A DNA stretch of 63,971 bases, filler included, from Folioceros fuciformis (taxonomy: Eukaryota): NCBI GenBank assembly GCA_049999805.1. It is 4 parts of 4 records of this genome, joined end to end, with 100 filler letters (N's around TTAATTAATTAA, not from the genome) between each part and the next. Parts side by side here need not be neighbours in the genome. Positions count along the whole stretch, not along the records: positions 1 to 28,547 come from JBNGIO010006284.1; 3 more parts are not named here. One strand, written 5' to 3'. Position 1 is the stretch's first letter, and every line of letters starts with the position of its first letter. The translations under genes and the position numbers were made by a program. Of the stretch, positions 1 to 12,375 are shown piece by piece. A model generated the notes under the pieces. That model made no database searches and was not told the origin of the DNA. It was given only the letters and a program-made list of their open reading frames with translations.

Positions 1-1129
1 ATTGTTAGCTGTGCACAATATACTAGGTAAGAGGATCATAGACTTAAAGACCATCAAAGGGTGGTTGATGTGCAATATTCCAATGTGACTCAAGCATTAT
101 AGTAGTAGTAGCAAGGTTCATTGTTAATTGGTCTTTAGTGTGAAGAATGACGACCTCAGGAACAATTTGCTGATTCTTCTCTATGGTGTAGAAGAGGATG
201 AAAGTGCAATGAGCAAGGATTGTGGGGCATTAGATCTAGCAAGAAGCCAAATGCCTTTGACAAGAGACGCCTCCTCCCTTAGGGCTAACCTCATTTTTGT
301 ATCAAATATAAGAATGCTTCGATACACTCTCAAGCGAGAAACCTTCATTAACAACATTGAGAAGTGGAATGAAACACCTTGTACCATGGTATACCTAGCT
401 ACTTGTTCCAAAAGGACATTCTTCCAATATGTTTAGTGGACAAGGTTCTATCTATGCAGTAAACATTTAAACAAGGATATGAATAAGACATCAACATTCA
501 TGGTTAAAATTACAAGTGAAAAGTTAGTAACTTAAAATAAATCAAAAAATAATACTTATATTAGTACACTCAAGTTAATGAACTTGTGGACTTAGTAGAT
601 AATGCTAAAGATATGAAAAATTCAAGCTTTAAGATTATACTTTGAATAATTGACAATAAAAAGGGTGTTGAATCTCTTAATATTTGCAGTGCTGTTAGTA
701 ATGTTAATCAAGTTGATTGACAGTCGGAACTAGTCCTAATGTGCGGCTTTGTACTTTTATAAATTGTTTAATTTATTATTGATTTTTTTATCTTGTTTTT
801 TTAATAAAATATTCGTTTCATAACAGCAAGAGAGAAGGAAGAAAGCAAATTCACCATGGCAGAATGAGAACAGAATCTTGGGCTTTGGTCAGGCCGGGGT
901 TTCAACCGGTTGCCAAGGGTTTGAGTGTTGGAGCTCTGGAAGACAAAGATGAGTCCCATCAAGAATGGACAACCCTGCAGAAGCCTGCTGAGAGACCACA
1001 CGGGCGCAGATGAACTTCATCCTCTTCTTTAGGTGACTAAGTTCACGTCCTCTTGTATAGCTCTATCTGCTGATGCAGTTACGATGGCTTGCCTTAGGTA
1101 TCTTCTATCAAGCCTGCGTCACCCGCTTT

Positions 1130-4100
1130 TCAAACTGGTGTGGACACACTGGCTAGCGACTCCTTTCCAGTGACTCCGAATTGAAGGGCTCCGAAGAATT
1201 CACTGTAATCTCGTTCTGGTGGAGGATTGCTGGGGTCAACTGTGAAAGGTTGGCTAAATGGCACTGTGCTTTTCACCTGCAGCGAAATTGGTGTCAGTAG
1301 GAGAAACGTCATACAATCCACATGGGCAGAGAGCTTTGAAACTCATCACCAGGACCTCAAAAGTCTTGCAGCACGCAGAGGGAGTAGTCAAGGCCGAAAC
1401 ACAGATGTGAGCAACTTCTTCTCTGGAGATCTTTCCCTGAAGGAGGAGGGTGTGGGAGGTGAGAGAACATCAGGACAGTTGCAACCTATTCTGCCAGCCA
1501 TGTACCGTACGTGTAACAAGAAAGTCTGGTGTTCTGCTAGCCACCGTACCGTTATGTTATCTCCCTGTTCAAACAGAAGTTCAGCCCCAGCAGGCTCCTC
1601 AGTCAGAGCACATGGCCTGACTATGGTGTAGGGAATACCACTTTCCCGGATGAGATCCTCGCCCTGCAAGAGACTTTCAGATGTGAAAACGTTTCATGCC
1701 AGGCTTCGTTGACTAATCTTCCGAAATGCACCCACCTTGAGCTTGTAGGTCAATACATATCCCAACTCTTTGTTCATGCGCACAGCCGGCGGTTGCTTGC
1801 TGAGGTCCAGTCCTGGTCTGTCTGGCCTTGTGACACCCGCAGAGCTTACATGCACAAACCTGCAGCGGTATGGGCAGAGTTTAACAGCCCAGCTGTAGAT
1901 GAATGAGTCTCTTTTCTTGTGTCATGTGAGAACCTCACCTGGGAGTGATCGGTTGCTTGAGGTACGACTTTATGCTGGAAAGTGGCAGTTCGAACGGACC
2001 AGGTTGGAAGGTGGGATTCAGCTTGCCATCAAACTCGAACTTGCTGAACATAAGCTGCCAACAGAAAAGGGCAATCAAAGCATTGTGGTACAAGCGTGCA
2101 CAGAGGTGTAACTCGCCGAGTAAGTTGTTGTCCTCACCTGCAAAGAAACAATGGAAGTTTTGTCTAGAGGTGGAGAGTCCTTCACTGTACGCGCACGGAA
2201 GATGGGTACGAACTCCGAGAATGGGAGACGAATCTACCAAGGAGAAAGGAAAAACAACATAAGACTTCAAAACACAGAGCAACCATCCGATTGATCTCAA
2301 GCAAATATGTCATCCAAAGATTTGCATCCCCGAAGACTTTCAGCTTACAGATTGCCACTCTCCATTAACTGTGTCGAAGAATGCCGTATAACCAACTGCG
2401 TCCCATTCTTCAGTGGTCCGGATAATGAGCTTGAAACGAGACCCATTCCCTTTGATTCGCAACTCCAGTCCTTCATATGCAGACAGGTCCTGAGCAGGCA
2501 CGAAGTTCTGCGAAATGCCAGGACCATCACACCATTAAGGAGAAGCACTGGGGAGTGAGGAAACACGGCATTGTTCATACACCAGTTGTCGCTAGACCTT
2601 TGTTCGCACACTTGCAAAACCTCCATTGTTGTCAGTTGACACAAAACCTACATAAAGGCAGTCGCCAGTTTCAGATGTTATTGGCACATCAGTTGAACGC
2701 AGAAATGTATGCGATGTAGATTCCCATGATCTCGTTCCAAGAAGGCTTCACGCTCAAGCATTAGGCTCGAGAAGAGAAACAACCTTTGAACAGACCCACT
2801 GGGCCGCCTGTTTCCCCGTCTCCTTTGCTGATTTGCAGTGAGCTTTGACTAACTCCTCCCATCACAACATCGTCCAAAGATCCCCAAGCCGGCCCGACCG
2901 GGAGTCCATTTCCTGCGAACAGAAGCATCAGCTCCATAGCCTCATATACATATCTATCTGGACTGCAACAACATGGGAGGACAGCTGAATCATATCATAC
3001 CATCGAACGAGAACAGTGTCTTGCCTTCAGCAAATCCCAAATGTTCTTTCACTGCTTCAAGGAGATTTTGCATGCCAAAGTATTCCACAGCCTCCGGGGT
3101 ATCGCCTTTAACCTGTGTCCCTGGTCAGAGACCACAGTTGCGATACCATGAACCAAAGACGCATACAGAAAACATCTGAGCACATACCTCTGGATCGAAG
3201 AATTTGATTCCCTGTCCACAATCATTGTGAAATTCCTCAGATCGCTCATACAGACATCAGCCACCCCAACCATACCATGCAATGCCTTGATAAGGGTACC
3301 TGGTAGTATTTCTGTCTGTCCGCAGTATCACCCTCCTTGGGTCCAACGATTACTGCTGCCGCATTGATCACCCTCTTGACCCCGACAAAATATTCAGGAA
3401 GCAAGGTAGCTTTTTGTGTAATGTCTGCAGCAACCTGAAGAGTGTATTAGAATCATCTACAACTCACAAGCAAGCAAGCTAATGGACACATACACGAGTT
3501 GCGGGCTGCCCGTAAATCACACAATTGAGAAAATGCAGACCACTTACAATGTCCACATCAAGGCCTAACAACGCTTTCGCCTTCTCCATATTCCGGACCT
3601 ACCCAAATCTCCCGTCAGTGGAGAATCCTGAAGAACTGCATCACAATGCATGAGAAATTTTGGCATACCAGAGCCCTCACAGCAACTCCTTTACTTCGCA
3701 GAACCTTCACTACCCTCTTCCCTACTCCTCCAGTAGCACCAGTCACAAGGACCACTTCCTGAGTTTTGCTGGCATCCGATTTCTTGATTGGCTCATCTTT
3801 AGGACCAAAGATTTTCTCCATAGCCGATTGCACCAGCTTGTGGAATCCACACAAAGAGTCTCAGCTCAAATGCCGAGACTTGTATGTACACGAAAACACC
3901 GTCCTGGCTCCACGAACAGATAACTCACCTTTCCTACAGAAGGCGGTTCATTGAAGAAAAACACAGTCTGCACAAATCTACCAAAATCCCAAGGCTGTCG
4001 GCCCCCGTCCGCCCGTACAGGAGAGTAACCCGTGGACAGGGACCTGCCCAAGTGCCTCCTGGAGCCCACAACCTGCACCTGCCTGTCCTTCCTTGCTACA

Positions 4101-4333
4101 TACAGGCCTGAATATTCAGGGAGGGGGCTGAGACAGGGTCTAGTAGAAGACCAGGCCGTAGCACTGGTGGGGAAAGATGCAACCTACATCCGGCATGAAC
4201 CAAAATGGGTCACAATCAGGAACGCTCCTTCTCCTCCCAGGAAGTCTCCTCTCACAGCCAAGAGATGAATTCCCAGAACTGCTTCAGATACCTGTCCGTT
4301 CGGCTGCAGTAGGCAAAGACAGGGGGCCAACAT
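1130..4333 (-). CDS. Multi-exon NAD(P)-binding Rossmann-fold / CIA30-domain protein (UOS1/At4g18810-like, HCF173-related family), probably plastid-targeted
   Basis: Exon peptides PWDFGRFVQTVFFFNEPPS, VLVTGATGGVGKRVV (GxxGxxG), LMFSKFEFDGKLNPTF, GEDLIRESGIPYTIVRPCALTEEP and VKSTVPFSQPFTVDP...GVTGKE; GT-AG introns. The start at 4333 is inferred from a short first exon spliced to the acceptor at ~4184. Confidence 0.85.
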
Positions 4334-5352
4334 GGATGCCGTCGAGCAACGAGTCGTGGTTTGCAACTGCATCGCACCAGCTGATCCGTATAACGGAGTT
4401 TCACACTCAATCCACGAATTTTATCGATTCAGCCACTGGAAATGCTCTGCACCTGGTCCTCTCCGGCAGACTAAGCCCGATTCCCTCTGGACAAATGAAT
4501 CAAATGCTGCATTTCATTCACTCATAGCAAGTGCGAATTGCACGTTCAGGGGAATCCCCCCACTTCAATGCATTCCAAGCAGGGCAACAAAGAGACACAA
4601 CGAAATGTGGGCTACACCACAATCCTCACCTCAATGCGGACGAGCCGATTCCAGTTGTCTTCGATGCATCAAGGAACTTGTGGCACCAACGCATGAGGCT
4701 CTTATCTCATACCCGCTCGTAGCGACACGTGGCGACAAACGATTATGCAGTGTGATACATACTTCCTTTCGCTTTTGTCAAAGCAAGTGTGATAACGAAG
4801 GGCGTACCTGTGAGGCAGTACCAGCTCCCAAATGGAGAAGATGATACCTCTCAGCAGCTATCGCAGCTGCTGGCTATGGGGTTTGTAAAGCAGCGCCTGT
4901 CAAGCAAGCTGATCATGTAAGTTTACTTTCTGGTGTTGTGTGAAAATGGGCTTCATCTTTTCCATTTTGGAGCTGGTAGTGGATTCATTTTCTAGATCTC
5001 CTGCTGCTGCTCGGCTTCTGGAAACTGTCCTACACAAGAAGGATTCTTGAATTGATCAATGCCAAGCATGATTCTTGAATTGAAGAATGTTCCTGAATGT
5101 TCGTACAAGGCAAGATGAAGCTAAGGAGGTTCTCGACAGGGGGTACACATGTTATGATATAATGTGGTCTGTACGGCTGGGACTGGTTTTCTCCAGAAGT
5201 ATATGCCCCCGACTCGTTCCATCTGCTCCAAAATCACGGCACAAGCAACGTGCTGGTCGGGCAAGGAATGCAGTCGGGAGAAGGAATCGGGTGGAATTCC
5301 ACATGAGCTCTGGCTACACCTAGATCCGTTCATCTATTCCATGCCAACACAT

Positions 5353-8300
5353 TTAGCATACTGGCTGATACAGGAGCCTGTGGGCATGTTCCCGGATAGC
5401 AGCCCGGCCGTTCCCATGTTCAGGTGGGTGAAGGAGATGCATGACCCTGGCCATGTGGAAGAAGAGTTTCTTGTAGCTTTGGGGAAGGTGGGGTCTTTGC
5501 AGCAGCGCATAGGAACGTGTCAGTTCCTGCATATTGGTGTCGATGACGGCACGCAGCTGAGCAACCGCCTCCTCTTGAGTCTTCTCCGGATGCGCTGTCA
5601 TGTAGATGACAAGGCTTTGGGCAGGATGGCGGCAGTTGGGTTGAGTTTGGTTGTCGGGCAAGTCCTTGGACAGGAGGCCGATGATGTTCACCCTCTGCAT
5701 TAGTGTCGTGAACTCCTCGTCTTCCATGCTCTCGTCACTTACAGTGTCCCCCGTGAAAAACATGGATGGTAGCATGACACATTCTAGAGCATTTGAGGGC
5801 CCTGCTTTCTCCAGGTATTCCTCCCACTCCGGAATTATGTCTTGTTGTTCCCACTCCAGCTTCACCAGGCATGAGTCGATCCACCGCTTGTACTGGAGAA
5901 GGTAAAATTGCACGCATGCGACGTGTGTTAGCCTAGTTCGAGATGTCAGGTTGCTCGTGAATGTGATACAGGAAACATCGATCCGGGATCAGCTGTGAAG
6001 GAGGGCTCTTGTGACTTACTGTGGCTACGAGGTGCTTGGAGATGTCTCGGCCCTGAGCCACATATGCTTCCGCAGCGATTGCGTTGATGGTGTTGTAGAG
6101 ACTCATGAATGCGGTGGCCTGTCTTTTGTCGTTGCTCTGGATGAGTTCTGGATTCCACCTGCAATCAATCATATACATGTTCCAACGATCAGCCACCACT
6201 GTTCACAGTCAGGTGGCTCTCGACCATTTTGCAACAGCATGAACAGAACCATGTACCTGTCCACAGCAGCTCTGAATTGTCTGAGGTCCTGAATGGACGC
6301 GCCTTCTGCAGCCTGGAAGTAAGTGTGGAGAGCAGCAGTGAGCACTGCGTTCTGAGTCCACACTTTCCGAGCCATGCTGAGCTCAGGCTCGTACATGTTG
6401 GCAGCGGCTGTGGCGAAGCAGTCTTCAATCTCTTGCCTCGAAACAGATAGCTCCCCAAGATTGAGTTCCGTATGCCACCTGGTTTCATGACAAACGTATG
6501 AAGATTTTGAGCTCAGGTTAGGTAAGGCTGCCGTCAGAGAGGTCCAGATTACGGACGGTGGTCACGTTTCGAGAGACAGCAGCAGTTTGCAACAACTTCG
6601 TGGAAATTCTTGGAAACTACCTGACGAGCTCCTCGAGCTCCTCCCGGTGCTGTCGTTGGCACATGTTGTAGTCGGCCATGGCCAGGTCGAGAAATGTTGG
6701 GTTGTGGACGTAAGGCATTCTGATCGTTCAGTGCAAACGGAGGTGAGCATCCAAGAAACACAGCAACAATGTTCTCATGACCAACCATGAGCCATGCTAA
6801 GCTAAGATTCCACGAATGTGGTGAGACAGAGATGTGAGGACCTTGCTCGTCGGAAAGATGGAGAGGTCACTTACTTGTAGAGGGACTTGCCGATCCAGAT
6901 GTCATCACTGCCATAGTGCGCCAGGTACGCCCTGGTCTCAAAACGAGGCAGGCTAGCGTAGAAAGGATACGTCAGAGCGTATTCCACCTCTCCCGGCAGG
7001 TCCTTGGTGATGATCCATTTGTCGGAGATGTCGTTATTGCGCCACTTCTCGTCCAGAAAGCTGCGGGTGAATGTCCGCGCTTTTCCCAACAAGCCTTCTC
7101 CTGGGAAGAGCGTCTGCGACGCTCTGTACAGGTTGAACATGCCTGTCACGGCCTGCCCCGACTGCCCAGCAAAGCAGAAGAACTCGTCGTCCTTGTTGAA
7201 GAGCCGAAACACCTCCGGAGAAACATCGTATCCGTGCAGGCGAAGCAGGCGGAAGCCCATGGCCGTGTCGTCGACGTCGGTGACCACGGCGCCCCGGGCC
7301 CAGGCAACACCCCTCGATTCCCAGTTCTGGTACACGTAGTCGAGGCAGGTTCGGATCTCCATCTGGAAGTGGCGAGCGATGCCCAGACGTTGCAACCGGT
7401 CCACGATCCACATGTGCTCGAACATGTCGACAGGGTAGACGTTGGGCACTGGATGCGTGCACAAGAAGCATGAGCACAAGAGAATCCGAGCTCACTCCGG
7501 ATCCTGAATTCAACCATGACCAGTGCTAGTACTGGTCTTGTGGAGTGTGAACCAATACCTGCATTGTCGAACTGCTCAAGCACAGAGTTGAGGTACTGGA
7601 GGCACTTTTGATCGCCTGTGTGCATCAGAGCACATGCGGTGGATGCTGGGGAGCACAGGAAGGAGCCGTCCTTGGATTGCAGTTTGAGCAAACGTTCCCA
7701 ATCCACCAGGTGGCGGAGGCCCTCCAGCGAGTGCAGCAGAGTGGTGGGATATGTGTGGAGAATTTCCATGGGGATCCTGCAAGCAAGCAAGGAGGGATGG
7801 CATTGCTTTCAAGGTCTGGCTTGGAATCCTCAGGAAGGCTCCGAAACCCAACGTGCAGAGGACGTTCACGGTAGTGATTGACATCACTCACTTGTTGAGC
7901 TTTCGGTCTCTTTCCTCCAGAATTTTGTGGGTGATGGGAGAGTCGTAGGGAAGGTCGAGGCCCAGGTCTCTGGCGTCATCCATCATGGCAGGAAACACAA
8001 TCTCGAATCCGATGGGCATATGAGCCTCTGGCTCGTCGGCAATCCGGTGCAGGTTTTGTGTGATGAAGTCACACCCTGTCCACACACAACCACGGACTGT
8101 CAGATCAGGACGCGCCACATCGGGAGATTCTCCCCGTTCCTGACGAAGCCAGAGAGATGCAGCTCCCACGAGGATGCACGAGGATAGTCAACTTTCTCTT
8201 GCTAAGAGAAGGAGACGAGGCCGCACCTCTCGTCACATTGTCGTTTCCAATGCCCCAAGTTCTGAGGGCCACAACACAGGCCACCGTGTTAACCACCCGG

Positions 8301-9084
8301 TCGTACGCAGAGAAGAGATCGGCCTCGCCCCACGAGCCGTCTGCCAGCTGGTTTTGCATGATCCAGTCCAGCGATCTTGGGAACTGCGGCTGGTCCGACT
8401 TGTCCAAGGCCGGCACCAGTGCCACCCAGGCGGTGTCGTAGGCGCTGATGGAGATCTGCCCATCGCCCATGTTTCTGAACATGTCGCGGACGGTGGCAAT
8501 CCATTCCTCTGGCCTGATTGTCGCCGCCTCCGAGCTGCTGTCCAGGGAAGACGAACCCACAAGGGGTTGCTCTAGCTCACAGCCCACCTTCCAATCCGAC
8601 CACAGCCCTGCAGCTGCTCCCACAATCGCTTCCCACATTCAGCTCCTGCTCTCAATCACTAGCAACGATTCCACTTTACAACAACAGCATGCTTCAAGTG
8701 CTGCGCACAGCTCGCGTCACCTGAAGCATTGGCAGATGCAGCAGCCTCCGCCTTGGGCCGGTTACTCGCAGACCTGTCACCTGCGGACAAGGCATCTCTC
8801 AGTGCGCAAGTTCCCCACATCGCCCAACATATCGACACACACATCTCCAAAGCCGTCCACCCTCAAGCAAGCATTCAGTCAAAGTCCCTGGTCTGATCGC
8901 CCAGACTGACGAGAAACATACCGAGCTCAGCCGCAATGGTAGCTGCCAGGGCGACATCACGAGTGCGCACCCCTCGGACGTGTATTAAGCCGGCCACATT
9001 CTGTTTGTGAATTTTCCGCAAACCAGTGTGGGTGGGCAGCAAAGCTCCTGCGATGCTCCAGGCCTGAGCTTGGGCGGCTGCCAT
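5353..9084 (-). CDS. CPS: Class II diterpene cyclase (ent-copalyl diphosphate synthase-like, TPS-c), multi-exon
   Basis: SAYDTAW, QLADGSWG, LLHSLEG, PNVYPVD and the class II motif DVDDTAMGFRLLRLHGY; the class I DDxxD position reads AALHTYFQ; the N-terminal exon from ATG 9084 resembles a transit peptide. Confidence 0.85.
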
Positions 9085-11633
9085 GGCTCGGAATCGGATA
9101 CCTTGGTGCGGGCTTAAGCTTGCGCTTGCTGGTGAAGACACGCCTTGCAGCACCTTCCTCACAGATGCTTCCAGACGTGCGGCTGGCGATCACAGCACGC
9201 AAGAGCTCCTGCCTGCCCTGCCCTGCCCTTCTCAGTCTCCGAAGAAGCAAAAGCGAATTCTGTTCGAGATCCAGAGGCTCTATGTCCTGCACTGCAACGA
9301 TGAGGCGGCAGGGGGTTCTGAACCGGCGAACTTGTTTGCAGGCGGCAGCCAAAGGAATGTTCATGTGGTGTCGTAGACGTACCCTGGCGGTGGCTCTTAA
9401 AGGCCGTCGGTTGGGCTATCCACGGAAACGACAGACGCGCGCAGTTTCCGCGATCCATGGTGATACATTCTCAGAAGTGTGTGAAGGGGCCCGACTTCTG
9501 TGTTTTTGACTAACCTCGTCCTTGCCGTTCAATGGCCCACGCTGTTTCCTTGCACGGAGCAACAAGCTGACGGTGTAACTGTAAGTGTGTGGATGAACCA
9601 AGAGGAGTTCGTGCTCCACGAACTTACTTCTCACCATCTTGTTTGCAGCATCTCATCTCACCCAAGTCTAATCCGCATTTCTCAGGCTTCCTAACATGTT
9701 CAGCCGTCAATGGTAGTGAGATTCAAAAAAGAGAGAGAAGCAGAGGAAGAGGAATAAAGACGAAGACGAAGACGCAGAGGAGAAAGGATGATGAACAAGG
9801 AGGAAGAAGACCAAGTCTGCAGTGGTCCACTCTAACGTGACCTAACATTGTTCCAGCCGTGAGACCTTAGCAACTGGTACAATGGTTCGCCCCACTTGCA
9901 CTTGGGGGCATCCACTCCGTCCAAGTACATACCCTCATCCGACTACCGATTTACGCGCAAGAAACGGGAACTTTGATGCCTGAGACACCACAAAGCCTGG
10001 TGGGTGTGACAAAAAGGTTGACCCAGGTGCAGCACATGGAACAGTGTGCTAAAGTAGTACCTTGGACTCGTCAAGGTCTTGAGATTTCGTGTCTTTCTCT
10101 ATGCAGATGCATTATTCTGTGCATTTCTTGGACTCATTCGGATTCCCATCTGGCGTCTCGTCCCAATTCTGTGGATGAAATTTCTGACAGCGGGTTCAAT
10201 TTGAACTGATTGCTGATCACGAAACGTGTACTCCATTCTTGGTCTGAAGTGGAGCGGTGACCACCAGTGTGTTATGTTGCTCTGTAGTGGATGAACAAAA
10301 GATCTGCAGAATTCGGTGTGGAACAGGCCTGGGGATGTGGTTCAAACAAAATCTTCACGGGAAGACCAAGGGAAGGAAATTTGAGCTGAGCGGGCCTGGA
10401 GGATTTTCCTTGAACTGGGCAGGGATGGCACAGGGACAAGACGGCCCGTTCGGAGGTGAGGCGCTTCCCAGAACGTCAAATGGAAGAGCATCTCCTCAAG
10501 TTCAGAGAACTGATAAAACTCTCCTACGCTGGATGATAAGAGACCTGACAGGATTCTCGTGCCTTTCACATCCAGTCAGTTGTCTCAATCTACCACGGTT
10601 TCGTCAGGATTGCGGCTTCTTGGGCATGTTCCAAACCCATCACCCATGTTCACGATTGGTTTCGGAGCAGTTCAGGACCCAGGATCGTGACGTTCCCTCC
10701 CCCGCGCTGGAGAAGGGCAAGTGCGAAGTTCCATAGCCGGAGGTCACAAAAATTGTGGTGCCCAAGGCTATACGACATCAGTCATGTGCATGTGAAAGTC
10801 ATGGGGAACTCGAGCCACGGTGCCGAGTTCTGTCCGTTAACCGATCCCAAAGCTTGTAGACCTGACCTGCTCCTTCCCAGCAGCTGCAATCAGGTGGGAC
10901 CTTGACTTCAGCGTACACAGCTGGTCACCAACTACTACCGGCCGGACGTCTCTCCCATGGGAACGATCTACTTCAGCAAACGAACCGTCTTGGCTGCCAG
11001 CCTACGTAAATGAATCTGAAACCCACCAGCCTGACAAAAAGTATTCATGGACGTGACAACATTTGTAGATCAACATGCCAGCCAACCGACTGCCTAAGAG
11101 AAAGCGGCTGCCTATCCCCATCGCATGATCTACCAACCACACAATTCTTTTCAGGAATTCGATAGATAACCAGACAAGTATGAAGAATGTGGGAGGAATT
11201 GCTAAACTCAAAATCACCAGAATATCGAGTCCGGATCAAGAATACTATAAGCTATCATTTATCACAATCCTCATCCATCCTAGTCTAATCAACAGATTCT
11301 GGATTCCCAATACCATGTTCCTCACAAGTAGCACTGGCTCCTCTATCACCATCTCCAATATGTTGAATAACCTTTACACTTATATGACTATTAGTGACAT
11401 CTTGATTGCTATTACTAATTTGAGCATTACGATCATCAAATTGCATTGAAGATGGGTTTTTCAATCTTGAACCTTCTATCAATGAAACGAAAATATACTC
11501 TCGTCCAAAAGATTGTTCATGGGAGGCTAAGAAATCTCCAATGCTACTACCAAACATGGAGTCATATGGGGTCCAATAACCTTCAGGTTGATCACTTGGT
11601 AACTCAATGATTGTATAAGAATTCATGATTATA

Positions 11634-11861
11634 TCACTCTTGTTGGCATGAAACATGCCTAGGACCACAAACCAACCATCTTTCAAGACAAGCTTTATGA
11701 AAAGTATGTTGGCATAGATTGGGTTTCATAATCTCTTCAGCTAACGTCATAGGATCAAGACAGATCACACACGGTGCTTCTTCACCATCTTCATCTTGAA
11801 ACACATATGTTGAGAGACCTAGTGATAGGTCCATGGATTCTTGATCCTTATGACTTGTCAA
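11634..11861 (-). pseudogene. Degenerate RING-H2 zinc-finger gene remnant
   Basis: CVIC-x15-CQHTFHKAC-LERWL is present, the final CxxC pair is incomplete, and the ORF stops early in an AT-rich island; downstream ORFs (11285-11686) are in another frame. Confidence 0.5.
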
Positions 11862-12375
11862 TGAATAGGATTAATTAGAGAACCCAATGTTTAACACATT
11901 TTCATGTTTTTTCCCACTCACTAAGGGCCCTCTTCATCATGTAGAACGTGGAAGGCCCTTCAAAATTAACTAGAATATGTAAGGTCCTTGAAAAATCGAA
12001 TATTTAGGTCATTAATTATTTATAATAAAAAGGCTTCAATTGTATCATAAAGTGAGCACCAGGTCTCTGCGCCCAAGTTGGGATATGGAAGGCTGATATG
12101 CCGAAGTGAAGCAAACGCGAGTCGAGTTCACACCTTCAGGATTTCTCTCTTTCCTTTGGCGGATCTGTTGATCCTGAACAGAAATGCGTTTCAAGGCTCA
12201 AGAACCTGTGCAGTTGGGAGACATTCTGGACCGGGTGAGCTGGGAGGTGGCAGCTCACATCATGATGTGCTAGCTCTCATGGATATGGACATGGGCTGTA
12301 TCAACGGCTCAAGGTGCCCAGGTGGAGCACAGGTTCTCGGTTTCGGGTTCAGGCCTCCATGGGGCTTCTGAGACC

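Noticed and set aside
128-436. ORF with RANLIFVSNIRMLR, reminiscent of a hAT transposase C-terminus
   Set aside because: Too short and degenerate to call without a search.
9973-10905. ORFs up to 159 aa upstream of CPS
   Set aside because: No domain signal; consistent with chance ORFs in GC-rich intergenic DNA.
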